From Monocercomonoides exilis PA203 (lineage: Eukaryota; Protista; Preaxostyla): a stretch of DNA of 64,000 nucleotides. The DNA lies in NCBI GenBank assembly GCA_001643675.2, contig LSRY02000009.1, positions 1,674,001 to 1,738,000 on the forward strand. The letters run 5' to 3'. The notes under the pieces are model-generated. The model was not told where the DNA came from. It did no database searches and saw nothing but the letters and a program-made list of their open reading frames with translations. Positions 38,376 to 51,060 of this stretch are shown piece by piece (the first letter of the stretch is position 1; each line of letters opens with the position of its first letter). A program made the position numbers and the translations under genes.

Positions 38376-41300
38376 TAAACCTGTGTGAAGTACTGACCAC
38401 TGACGTGAAAATTTTCGATTCTGACGGACTTGACCGAAACAATCACGTCAGTGATAATTCACTCTAATTTTCTGAAGAAGATTTTTTTTGAGAGGAATTG
38501 TTATTTATTAATATTTCGTTAAATAAAATAATAATTATTATTATTTATGTTCTTTTTTTTTTTTTCTTGAAAAAAAAACTTAAAGTTATTTATTTTTATG
38601 GGATACTGACGAAAAGGCAAAAAAGGAATTTGAGATCGTCATTGAAGGTAATGCCCTTCAGGTCAAGTCAGCGTCTCCATGAGTTGATCAAAAAAGCAAA
38701 ATTTAAACTCTTTTGCAAAAGAGTTGCATTTATCTTTGCGTCCAATAAAAGGGTTTGAGATATAAAGTTTTATTTGAGCTTTTATCAAGAAAATATTGCA
38801 GAAGTCAAAATAAATTGTCTATTGAGAAGAACAAATGAGGAAAATATCACTGTGAGTTAATTCAATAAAACGTCCAGATCGAAATTTCATTTGTGAATGG
38901 TTTGTTCAAATGAAGTGATTTTCACGAACTGGTTTTCAGAAGCTAATAAAGAACATCACATTTCGCATTTCATGGTTTCAGAAAATTCATCCTTCTTTGT
39001 TTGTTTTCGTCTCTTCGTTACATGAACAAATGAATTGAAGACTCAACTCCGAGAAATTTCTCAATTGAGAAATATTATTTCAGATTTTTTCATTCATCCA
39101 TCTCTTCTCACAATGCAAATTAGCATTTATCCATTTCGTCAACTTACGTGAAACATCAATCATCTTCAACTTTGCCACCGGAGAAATTGGTCATTATTTT
39201 CTCTGAAAATCCAACTGAACCGCTGACTTATGAATTTTTCACTGAAAACATTATGATAGAAGCAATATCTCTGAGTGATACTAATATTTATTCATATGTT
39301 GTTGAAAATGAAAATAGTGAAATCGAGAAATTTAAGATTTTCTGAACATTTTTTTGAAGCATTCTTTTCGAATAAAGATATGAAAAATGTTGATTCGTGT
39401 CTTCTCCGAACTTTTATTCATTCTCTTTGCACAGAGTCCAGCTGGAGGTTAATAATCACTTGCATTCATAGAATATTTGAAGATGAAAGATATCCAACGA
39501 TTCCTAAGACAGTTGATTAATTACCAAGAAAGAATTTTTCCAAAAATTCAAACCATACTTGTGATAATTTTTGTTTTTTGATCCATGTCATAAATCGTAT
39601 CGAAAGAAAATATTATAAGAAATAAATGGAGCCTTAAAATTTTTGTTATTATTGAGAAAAAATGAAATGAATGAAGAATTTACCTCAAAAAATGTAAAAT
39701 AATCAAAATTTTATTTTTGTTGCTTTTGTTAATAACGAAATCGTTGAGAGTTGGATGAGTTGAACGTAAGGGGGTTTGTGAGGGAGGTGAGGTGGAAGAT
39801 GCTTTGGCTGTTGAGGGGGAGACTGGTGATTGCTGTGTGGTTGAGGGCGAGGGAACCAGCAGTGAGGAAGAAGAGGGGAGTTGTGATTGACGATGAAGAT
39901 GGGGTTGCTCCGGTGATGGTGGTTGTGTTGAGGTTGAGGGAAGGGGAGTTATCGGAGAGGTGGAAGAGGATGGGAGTGATTTGGTTTGAGGAGTTGTGGG
40001 CGATGGCGAGGGCAGAGACTGTGAGGGAGCCCTGGGTCTGTTGGAAGAGGGCAGACGAGGCAGATGGATCTGGTGAAGAAGATGTTGATAATGATGAAAA
40101 TGATGAAAATGAAGAAAATGATGAATTTGATGATGTTGATTGTGATGAGTGTGAATGTGAGTTTGGTGGTTGAGGAATGCCACTGGAGGCGATGGTGGTG
40201 GCATCTGTTCCATTTCCAGTGATTTTGGTGTTGACCGCACTGAAGGTGAGTGTTTGAGTGGGAACAAATACTGAGGTGAGAAGGGTGAGAGAGGTGTATT
40301 GGGTATCTGTCATGCAAACAAGAGCATATTATATTGAGGCGCATGGATTAAGTTGTGTTATTCCACAAAGATTTGTATTTGTTCCATTATTTGATACGAT
40401 TTTGAATGTTTAACTGAGGGAAAGCCATCTATTGTTCTCGGCATTATCAGCTCTTCCAGCATTCCAGACTCTTTTTGTTGTGGTTATTGAGCTGCATTGC
40501 TGGAAAGAAGATTGGGTTATATCACTTCCGTAAAAGAACACATCATTTCCCCTGCCATTTTTGGCAGTGTTGCCATCGAAGAAACAGAATAAGATTAATT
40601 GTGTTCCGCTCATCCAAGTGAAGGTGTTTGTGCAACACAACCCAGCGCCACCATGTATAGCAGAGGCAGTCAATTTATTGCGAACAAACTGACAATCATT
40701 GACTGAAAACTCAATTGGCTTTGCGGAGGGAGGATAATAAAACGTGACTGCTCCAGAAGAATCAAGCCCAGTGTTTGCAATGCACTTGCAATTTGTAAAC
40801 AAGAATTGACTAGATGAAGTCATGTTATAGATCCAGAAATACCAACCAGTTCCAATTGTTCTTGTTATTGAACAATTTCCCACCATGTTATCAGAAAATG
40901 AATAAACGGAAGATGATTGTTGTTCATTTTTGCAAATTGCTCCTCCGTGAAATGAAGAACAGTTTGTGAAATTTGATTTTGCAATTTCAATTTATTTGCA
41001 AACAGTAACTATATAACGCTCCACCATGATTTGTATTTGAACAATTGAAAAGAAAGCAAGAAGTGATTGTGAGATTTGCATTTGTGTAATTTATTTTCGG
41101 AGCACCTCCGTATTCATTTCCACTGTTTGAATCATTCCACTCACACCATTCGAAGGGTTGGCTGCTTGCATCGAATGAAACCAGTTTGCATGGTCACTTT
41201 TCTTTGAGTTTCATTTTCAACATGAACCACAGCAGCATTTGATGTAGAGCATGTATATACAATGAAGTGGTTTGTTCTGAATAGAAGGATGAAGTGATTA

Positions 41301-41475
41301 AGACGCGTGGGATCTCTGACATAGAAGCAATTCAATGAAAAATTAAATTGAAATGGATTAATGGGAAATGAAAAATTTTTTCAAAAATATTTCCTTTCAA
41401 ATATTATTTTCATATAATCTTTAATAGGAAATATTAATGAGTGCTTAAATAAAATAAGTTTTCTTTTTTATTAAT

Positions 41476-41517
<42 letters not shown>

Positions 41518-41582
41518 ACTGACGTAAAAATTTGTTACTGAAGGACATGAAGACATAACTCACCTCACGTCACACAGGTTTA
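38376..41582. mobile_element. 3207-bp hAT-like Pack element, 13-bp TIR TAAACCTGTGTGA, 8-bp TSD TATTCAAC
   Basis: TSD at 38368-75 and 41583-90. Single-copy empty site at 46081-88 (minus) in the sister TIR. Clustered subterminal CTGACG motifs. No intact transposase. Confidence 0.92.
39746..41335 (-). pseudogene. Beta-helix-like surface family pseudogene (cargo), paralog of 13830-15610
   Basis: ORF 40410-40886 has the same translation as 14669-15145 and shares the same stop and frameshift. Confidence 0.85.
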
Positions 41583-42559
41583 TATTCAACTAAGCGTTTC
41601 AAGGAGGGAAATTTCGAAATTCGAAAAAAAAATTTCTCTCTGAAAATCAAAATTTTTGACACCCATAATATTTTTATATTGATACATTTAATTAAAATAT
41701 CTATTTCTTGCTTTGTAAAGATCAAATGAATTTATCAATTCAATAGAATAAGATAAAATATAGTTTTTATTGTTTATTTTGATGAATATTTACCTATATT
41801 ACTTTTTATGTTGCTTATTTTTATAAATTCAATAAATTCAGGATACTGCCGTTTTTAAAATATAGAGTGTATTGCTTTAATGATAACTCCGATGCGATGA
41901 TGGAATGAAACATATGCAACGTATGATAAAAATTTTTAATTGCTTATTAACTTTTTTTATGCTCTTTTATCTCTTTTTTGATTGAACTGCATTTGAAAGG
42001 TTTGTGACAATGAAGATCGTGTGCCAACTGCATTTTTTTAAGATTGAGTTCTGGATAAAGGAAGAAGGGAAGAGAAGAATGCTGTGAGTGAGGTTGAATG
42101 GGCAATGGAAGAGCGGGTGAAAACAACATTTAATTTTTTCTTTATTTGGAATTGGATTTGAAAGGCGAAGGCGTGGTGTGGTGTGGTGCTTGGAGTGGAT
42201 GATGTTGGGGTGAGAGTTATTTGGAGAGAGGCAAACAGGGGATGAGGAGAGTGAAGGGAAATGAAGATTTGTGGAGGTATTTTATTTTTGTTTGTTCATT
42301 TTCTTCATGCATCATTTTTTATTTGTATTTTTTTATTTTTGATTTGATTGATGTGTGATGCGATCAGGTGTTGTCAGAAGCGCTGGGGGAGCGTGAAATA
42401 TGGACATGGAAGCACTGCTTTTTTTTCTGGGCATTCCTGGAAGAAATTGGGAGAAAACAGCAGCAGAAGAGGCAGGAAAAGGAATACAGCCACATAATGA
42501 TATTTTACGATATGGCACAAAGAATCATGTGGCAAATAAGTGAAGGGAAAGAAAGAATT

Positions 42560-44100
42560 TCAGCGAGGGAATCTCTTATCCAATCTTCAACATTATTTCT
42601 CTCGTCACCCTCTTTTCCCCTTTTATCCCTCTCTCATTTGACATTTTTCAACATTTCAACAGAATCCACTTCTTGTTCATCTACAACAACTGCATTTTCC
42701 CAAACATCATGTTTTATGAACAGCTGCTCATCCTCATCAGTCTGTGATGCATATGATGGCAGGATTGTTCATTCCCTCAATGACCCCTTTCCCTCTCTGA
42801 CTGCCTCAAACACCTCATTTGTCAGATGTTGTCGGACAAGAAACGTGAAATGTGAAGGAAAAGCAGATGGAAAGTTGACTCCAGGGAGGCAGAACGAAAC
42901 AGAAAATGGAGCAAATTCATTCACGTGGTGCGAGTGGAACGGATCGAAGGCTACTGGAGAAGTTGACTCATACGCCGATGGCTCTTCGAATGGTGGGGCT
43001 ATCTGCATGTTTGGTCAATCAAACGCCTCTGTGTCTGTTTCGCATTGTGCATTCAATGAATGTGTTGCGTATTACGCAGAAGGAGGGATTCATTGCTATA
43101 GTATTACTTCTGTTGAGATTGTTAACAACATTTTCGATTCATGTAATGCGCAAAATCGATATGGAGGAGGAATGTGTGCGTATGGAATTTCATCATGTGC
43201 CCGAATCAGCGAATGTAAATTCCAGAATTGTTAATCAAATTATTACGGAGGAGGACTTCTTTTTGAAAATTTTCAGGTTTCAGAAACAGGATGCATTGGA
43301 ACAGAAAATGGAGAAGGGGAGAGTGCATGCGTGTTTGACTGCTGCTTCACTTCATGCTCAGTCACAAATTATTATGGTGGAGGTATGTTTTGTAGAAGTG
43401 CACCTGAACAATTCAAAATGAGGAGCATTCAGTTCATTTCATGTTCAGCATCTGCATATGGAGGAGGGTTGGATTTATATCCATACAGACAAGCATCACA
43501 AAATGATGTGATTTATTGTTATTTCCTGTTCTTCCACGAATGCAAATGCTCTGCAGATACTCCATATGGTCACGATGCCTATTATGTTGATTATTATAAT
43601 GTCTATTTGGATTCGGGAAATCCGTTCTATGAATGCTACACCACAAACAAAAATGAACAGAGAGTGTGCTATGCGTACAATTATGCAAATGCAAACACCT
43701 GGTATTTTCAGCACATAGAAAAGTGGAATTGGCTGAAAAGAGAAATTCTCAATCGATTTGTGGCTGTGAGTGGTGGTGGCGAAGATGATCTGTGTGGATT
43801 GGATGAGACAAGTGCATGCAGAACCATTGGTGTTGCAGTCAGTTGGAGCGTAATACAGGTGAACCTGCCAGTCACGCTGATGGAAGGGAAACATGTGAGT
43901 GAGTCATCAACAATTGTGATTGGGGAAAAGAAGATTTCAGTTATTGGAACAGGCAAAGATTAGATTTCGATTGGAACAGGAGTACTTTCTTTTCCATCAT
44001 CAACTGGAGAGCTGTTCAGTGTAACAAGAGGGCAGTTGGAGGTGTGGCACGTAGGGATCGATCACAATTCGCAAGAAATCTATTGCCGAGTATGTTTGTG
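42560..44100 (+). pseudogene. Beta-helix-like surface family pseudogene, second subfamily (cargo of 38295-46161)
   Basis: GANSFTWCEWNGS, SNGGAICM, YGGGM repeats, YFLFFHEC and CGLDETSACRTIG. In-frame TAA at 43232 and TAG at 43961. Confidence 0.85.
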
Positions 44101-46836
44101 ATGCCTGCTGATGTTGAAATATTTTAGCTTGCAAAGATAAGAGTCAATCCCAAGTCTGAAGGAGAATCCAATAAAGGAATTGTCATTTGCACCCACTCTG
44201 CCACACTTTCCAATTATAGCAATTGAAGAAAAAAAGTCGATTCAAGTTCTGAAGTTCAAATATCGAATCGCACACTGAAGATAGAGCAGAACGTCACTCC
44301 TGATCCAGGCAAAAACCATTTTTTGAACCGGCTTTGTTATTTTTTTTCCAATTATTAGAATGCGCTATTTGCACATTGCTATTATTTTATCTTTAATTAA
44401 AAAAACTTTAAAAATGATGAATAATTGAATTAATTGTTTTTTATTCGTTCAAGCTTTAACTAATTCGCTCTCATTTCTTTTTTAAGTGCGTAAGCCAGCG
44501 TTTGCAGCTTTGAAAAATCAAAATATAGCATGTGTGAATTGTTATGATCGAGCTTGTTGTGAATACTTTGTTAAAAACAGGAAAAAAATAATTTTGCACA
44601 ACAACAATAAACCATAAACATCAATAAACGAAAAAAAAAGATGAAATGAAAAAGAAATCAACAATGTGAATGAGAAAAAAAATGAAAAATTGAGAAACTA
44701 TGTTTAAAATGCCTTTGCAAAAAGTTAAGATTTTTTGAAAATAACATTTAAAGATGTCCCTTTCCATCCCCAGCATCGCATTTTTAATTAGTCTCTTTGT
44801 TTCGCCTCCACTCTTCTCTTCCTTCTTCTCGTTCTTTCACTTGATAATCTCCGTAACCCTCAATGTTCACATCTGTTTTCTTCATCTCTTTTTTCCAACA
44901 GCCAACTTTCCCCATCTCAACTTGAATGCTCTGTCAACTTCAGCAGCCGCTCCATATAAAATGAGCTTTTCCATTATATCCTCTTCTTATATCACTTGTA
45001 TTGAAAAATCTCATCCCTGCTTCAATTTCATTCCCTTCTTCCTTTCTTCTCGTCTTTCTCTCTCTAAACTTTTATTTGTATCTTTTTGCTGTTGCTGCTC
45101 GGAAACGCACAACCTTACAACCATCATCTTCAAAATGAACATTCAGGTGATGCAAATAATATAGCTGAACGTAGATATATCTCTCACAAATGTGAAGAAA
45201 TCCATTTAATTTGCATATAGTAAAATCTTTTCTTTTTCATTCCAATTCGTTTCTTTCTTTCTTCTTTTTCTTTTTCTTCCAACGTTTCAGCCAAACCTAG
45301 TTCGATAATGAAGTTCTATCGTTCTTTGACGATTTTATTTAATGCTCCGCGCCTTCTCATCCTTTCCGTAAGCCCTAGCTCCTCTGCATATCCCAACCTC
45401 AGTCAAACAGCTTTTTAACCTTTCATTTGGCGTGAATGTTTCTTCAAAGTTTTCCTCTAACAAGTCATTTCTTCTTCTCAATCTTCGCCTCTCATTCTTT
45501 TGTCCTTTCTGATCTATCCATTTTTCTCATCGAACTCCAATGAATTCATATTATTTAGCTTCTTCATATTCTCTTGATAAATGCATTTTCGGTGCACGCT
45601 CTCTTCTTTCCCTAAAAATTTTACTCTTTCAAAACTTGTGTTTTATTAATCTTCCAAATGCATCTGAGTTAAATCATGGAAAAAAAAAAAGATAGAAAAT
45701 ATTCCAACAATTATCTAATTAATATCAATAACAATAATATATATATATAAAAACCGACACCTTTGAATATTGTTGCATCTGTTACTGCATCGTTTGTAAC
45801 ATCTGCTATTGTGCGTACGCTTGTTTTTAGTTGAAACATTGAATAAGAAATGAATAACAACAAATATAACAAAATAGACAATAATTCTCCGTTACAAACA
45901 TTAAACGCTATATTTCTTTTTGTTTCATTGAGTCGATAAATTCATTTGATCTTTACAAAGCAAGAAATAGATATTTTAATTAAATGTATCAACATAAAAA
46001 TATTATGGGTGTCAAAAATTTTGATTTTCAGAGAGAAATTTTTTTTTCGAATTTCGAAATTTCCCTCCTTGAAACGCTTAGTTGAATAATGTAGATTAAC
46101 TCCATAATATTTATATTTTGAAAAAATGCAAACTGAAAGTGGTACGATTAACACCTATGTCAAAAATAATAACTAATTTATAGAATTTTTTGTTTCAAAA
46201 CAAAAATAATAGCAAACCGTTGTATATCTGACAAATATCTTGTTTAACTATTATCTTTTTCGATGTTAATTTTACAAATTATTTATTTTAAACAAAAGTT
46301 ATCAGATCTTCGTAATCAGTTTTTCAATTTCTTTGCAATAACAATATTTAACAAATGTTTGCTTTACAGAATTGATTGATTATACATTGTGATTATTGTT
46401 GTCATGCTTTTTTAAACCAGTGAACTTAGGTTTTGTTCTGTTTATTGAATTTTCGTTATTTTTTCAAATAATTTTTTTTATAATTTCACAAATTTTAAAT
46501 GAAAACGATTAGAAACAGTTAAAAATCCACAAATCATTATAATAATTATAATAATTATAATAATTAAAGCAATATATTTACATAATCATCAATTTTATTT
46601 TCAAAAAGAAAATATGAAATTCACTTTCTTCTCTTCAATCTGAGAGTATCACTTAAGGGTCATTCACCCAAGCGAATCTGGTTTTAATAGTGAAGTGAGG
46701 AAAATGCGCGTGAGAATACAAATCGCGCTTGAAGAGAAAAAGGTGAAATGGGTTTCAAAATGGGTTTTGGGTTGGTATTGCATCTGGAACCTGTTTAAAG
46801 CTTTCTTCATAGGGTGGGAGTGAAAACGCGGTGGGT

Positions 46837-46939
46837 GAAGAGAAGAAAGTGAATTTCATATTTTCTTTTTCAATCAAAACGCAAGCATTTTGATTTACAA
46901 GAAAACATTCATTCACTTTCTTCTCTTCGATCTGAGAGT
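46837..46939. repeat. DIRS internal complementary region (ICR)
   Basis: 46837-46870 is the reverse complement of 46603-46636. 46872-46939 is the reverse complement of 51099-51166 (one mismatch). Confidence 0.92.
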
Positions 46940-46955
46940 TTGTAGTAATTGGGCG

Positions 46956-49900
46956 TTATGGATTACTTTCTGAATTTTCTCTTTCCATCATTTCTTTTCT
47001 TCTCTGTGATCTTGTACGAATAATAAACTGGATGCATTTTTCTTCGATGATTTCATTTTCGTCTTTCTCGTTTTCATTGTTCGTGGTATTTAATTGCTTT
47101 TCGTGGATGGATTGAGACTTATTATCATCTGGTTCTTCAATACGGTCTGGTTGTGAGATCTCTTCTCTTGCCTTCTCTGTTTCATGGCCTTCTGGCAAAC
47201 GTGATTGTTGATTGATTGGAATAATGGAATCCTTTTCTTCTGGTGTGGATGTGGATGGAGGAATTGTGGAAGGCTGTTGAATTGTTTGCTTTGTCTCCTG
47301 ATTCGATGAAATTATTTGTGCCATCTTGTTTGATATGTTGTATATGAAATAATGCTTAATCACTGTGTTGCTTCTGGGGGATAATCTTGCAAATTTTGCC
47401 ACCTGTTCAACTGGAGTTCACGCCATTGTCAAGGCTGATATAGAGGTATGTTTCAAGGTGTATGGGCTGTTGTTCGAAGGGATTCTTGCATATTTCATCA
47501 TTTGGCTGGCTGCTTTTCGAATTGCACGGGCCTTCATTGGATCATATGTTGAAGAGCTCAGAAATAGTTTATTGGAATTTGGATTGTGAATTTTCACCCG
47601 ATCCCATTGATCTTTAACGGCTGTTGCTGGACATATCAAACTTTCCTTGCTGAGGAATGGGATGACAATGTTGCTTCTTTCAAGTCCAGTTTTTAGTGAT
47701 GAATTCAGGAAAATTGATTGCTTATCTATTTCTGATTCCTTTAGATTAATTCTTTCCAGTTCTGTGAAGCGGCACGCAGAGAACATCATGCACAAACAAA
47801 TTGTTTTCTTCGAAAGCTGTGAGAATGACAAATTTTCGTTCTTTCCAATCGTTTCTATATACGTGAATAGTTGTTGAGGGTTTTGCATATAATCTTGTCT
47901 CTTTTTCTTTCTGCATTCCGATCTCCTGAATGATCTAAACAGGATTGAAATCAAGGTGTTCTCCCCAAGTGATTTTCTATATAATACTGATGTTAGGAAG
48001 GAAATGACAGATCTGACAATTCTCAATGATGAAGCTTTCATTCCGCTGTTTTTCAAGGCGACAAACACATCCAAGCATCTTTTTTGCCAAATCTGAAATT
48101 TTGAAGGGATGTCTTTGAATTTCAACTGATCCCATCCGTCTTTGAAATGTGTGAAACCATAAGTGTATCCCATCCATGTTGCACTAGCGACGCTGTTTTT
48201 GCACTCCTCGGCAAGTTCACGTGACATGCTTCTTGATGCTAGAATCTCGTTCCACCACGATTCTCCCTTTTCTGTTATGGATTGATTACGCATATCCTCA
48301 GTCTCCCTGGAGGAAGCATTGCATTCATAAGCTTCATCTATCTTCCTTCCTTGATTATCTCCTCCGTTCTCCTCCATGTCCAAGAGATGTGATGTGTGTT
48401 GTTCAGCAGAGGTTCCCATATCAGACCCTTCCAATCGGAAAGAAGAAGAAAAACTCGAGCTTTCTCCATCGCTGCTTTTCGGATAACTGCTGGAATCAAG
48501 GGAACTGGTGGATGTGCAAGAACCGTCTCTTCTCTCCATGAAATTTGTAACCCGTCTTGACTCAGATTGCTTCCCGGCCCGCACCATCTCGTTGATTTTG
48601 TGTTTTCTTTTGTTGCGAAGGCATCGAGTGTGATGTGCATCTGAAGCTGATTGGAAATCTCTTCGAGTGCTTCTTGTTCGATTTCGTAATCTCCTCCTTT
48701 TGCCAATCTCGATAGGCAGTCTGCTCTGACGTTTCTCTCTCCGGGAATATGTTGAGCTTTCACAACCACTTTCAGCGCTTGGGTTTGATTCCATATTTTC
48801 TTCAGAAGGGTTCTGAGATTCGGACCCACTCCCCATCGATTCAGATTGCAAACTGCTGTTGTGTTGTCTGATCGAATAAGCAGATTTCCTATTTCTTGAT
48901 TTCGAACGGAATTTGAGAAATGCGCGATGGCTTGATTTATTGCGAATAGCTCTCTGTAATTTGAACTTTGGTTTCTGATTGGAGGTGGAAGAGGTTTGTG
49001 AAAGTCCAGCATTTGATTGTTGACCTTTAGTGTTGCACCTATGGCAAACCCTGATGCATCTGTCGTAAGAATTGCTTCTGGTCGAAACACTGGATTCAAT
49101 TTCCTTGGTTGGTTCTCTTTCAGCCTTTCGCTCCACTTCCTGAGGCAATTTGTTATCGATGCATTCACGCGCATTTTTCCTTTCCATCCATTCAGACTCA
49201 AAGCTTTGTTTAGGAGTTTGTACAGTTGTGACAAATTCAGGGAGGCTTCTTGATACACGAATCTTGTTGCGTTCAGTTTCCCCATCAACGAGGCAAACTT
49301 CTTTATCGAAACAACTCTGTTGTACTGGGCAATCCTCCTCCATTTCTTGCACTCTTTCATCAGTTCGGTTTTCTTCGATTCCTCTATCTGTTCCACAAAC
49401 TGATTGGTATCCCATTGGAAGCCCAAAAATTTGAACTGCTGACTTGGAATTAAATGACATTTTTCTGAATTGACCAATAGTCCCAATTTGTTGAACATAG
49501 AAATGGTTTTCTCCACTAAAATATTGAGTTCCTGCGGGTCTTGATGAAGAAGAACAATATCGTCCAGGTATGCAATTGTTCTCACCTTCCATTCCTCCCT
49601 CATGTATTTTAGGACTTTTCTCATTACTTTTGTGAACGTTCGAGGAGCATCTTTGTATCAGAAAGGCATTCCGTGGAAAGCGTAGTATTTTCCTTTGAAA
49701 ACGAACGAAAGGAATGGAGATAATTCTTAGCTGATTTTTATAAGATAATAAGCTTGGCTCAAGTCCAACGTGACCGCGTAATCCTTTTCTTGTATGATTT
49801 TCTCCACTGTTCTGTGGTCTTCTTGCTTGTAATATATTGTCTTGATTGCATTGTTGAGTCTTCGGCAATCCACGATTTGCCTCCAGCCACCGTCTTTCTT

Positions 49901-50153
49901 TCTGATAATAAACACTGGATTCAAATGCTTCACATCCTTCTCCTGAATCGGTTTGATGATATTTGTTTCCAGATGCTTCTTGATCATCTCTGAAAAGGCT
50001 TGTTGGGCTTCTTGACTCTGATGCTCCAAAGGGTTGAATACTCCTGTTTTCTTGAGTGATTCCTTCGAGGCTTTGCTCCTCCATACAGGGATTACACCTT
50101 TCCCAATAATTCGTGATCCTCCAATTCTTTCCCATTCTTCTCGAAATAAGCAA
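46956..50153 (-). pseudogene. DIRS tyrosine recombinase ORF with a long N-terminal extension overlapping pol
   Basis: 911-aa open frame. YR motifs SACRFTEL, ICPATAV and PYTLKH. After a TGA at 47418 the frame continues TPVEQVAKFARLS..TVIKHY (probable catalytic Tyr). Confidence 0.88.
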
Positions 50154-50443
50154 GTTCTTCCTCCAACCATTGCATCTTGTCGGGCTTCTGTGGGCTGTTG
50201 AATGCTGTTCGTTTCTTCTATTGGTATTTTCGCTCCCCTGATTGTCTTCTTATAGCGAAACCTGAAGCTCTTGTCCGCAGCCGGCTTTGGTTTTGTTATC
50301 TTGACAACCAGGGAGCTGCTTGAAAAAATCTCTTGCTTACTGATCTTCTGGTTGGAATTGTTCTGACTCTTATCGAACTTCTTCTCATTGGCCAGCTCGT
50401 TGTTTGCAGCTTGAATTGTTAACTCTTTTCTGTTTTTCTCCAT
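48338..50443 (-). pseudogene. DIRS pol: reverse transcriptase, RNase H and methyltransferase-like domain
   Basis: RT: PVFIIRKKDGGWRQIVDCRRLN, LDLSQAY, GMPF*YKDAP, AYLDDIV. RNase H: TDAS, NYRELFAI, SDNTTAV, HIPGERNVRADCLSR. MT-like: LDAFAT..DGLQISW..AHPP. Two in-frame stops (49727 and about 49658). Confidence 0.92.
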
Positions 50444-51060
50444 TCTTCCAGAACTTCTGATTGCCTTTGAGTAAGAAGACTGGAAGCTGAGCTCTCCTTC
50501 ATCTGTGCAGCTGCTCTAAAGCCGAATCTTCCTTGAATTCTTACAGATCTTGCTTCTTTCAGAGCTTTTGAAACTAATAAAATTGCATCTGCAATTGATC
50601 CTTTTTCATCATCTTTTTCTTTTAATTTCGCATGTGTGTTAAGCAGAATTTTAATGGCCGGATATAGAAAAGCTTCAGTTCGCTCGCCTGCCTTATCCAA
50701 TGCGTCGTTCATCCAATTATCTGTTCTCGAAGCTGCAGGAGGGGCCTTTGGCAGAAATGGACTTAAATCATCTTCCTTCAGGTCAATAATAAGATCTTCC
50801 AAATATCTTTCAGGAAAGTCCATATCATATAAGCTGCAATCTGGATCTCTAAGAAATATTGTTTTAAAACTTTTTTTTAGCAGCAAACAATCCTCGCCAT
50901 GGCTTTCTTTTGCTTCTGAAGCTCCCGGGATATGATTGGAAAATTCAGAACTGGAATGAGAAATCGAACTTGAAAACATCTCTCCCGGAGGTCCATCTGA
51001 CATCATTGATGTTGCAGAATTCAACGCGGGTCCAGTGCTGAGTGGAGAGCTTGGGAGCAT
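50419..51060 (-). CDS. DIRS ORF1 (gag-like), probably frameshifted at its 3' end
   Basis: ATG just after the 5' ITR, in the ORF1 position. Assignment is positional only. Confidence 0.6.
   Translation of the reverse strand: MLPSSPLSTGPALNSATSMMSDGPPGEMFSSSISHSSSEFSNHIPGASEAKESHGEDCLLLKKSFKTIFLRDPDCSLYDMDFPERYLEDLIIDLKEDDLSPFLPKAPPAASRTDNWMNDALDKAGERTEAFLYPAIKILLNTHAKLKEKDDEKGSIADAILLVSKALKEARSVRIQGRFGFRAAAQMKESSASSLLTQRQSEVLEEWRKTEKS

Larger units (their letters stand above)
38295..46161. mobile_element. 7.9-kb Merlin-like Pack element with 227-bp TIRs and 8-bp TSD AAAAATAA; left TIR split by a later insertion
   Basis: Left TIR 38295-38375 plus 41591-41736 (227 bp) matches the reverse complement of 45935-46161. 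AAAAATAA at 38287-94 and 46162-69. Each end is one mismatch from GGCATAGG. Confidence 0.8.

Noticed and set aside
38850-39500. Remnant hAT transposase C-terminus (ASENQF resembling SERxFS) on the minus strand
   Set aside because: Too degraded, and not recognisable in the paralogous copy.
48338-48700. DIRS methyltransferase-like domain as a novelty
   Set aside because: Already an established component of many DIRS1 elements.
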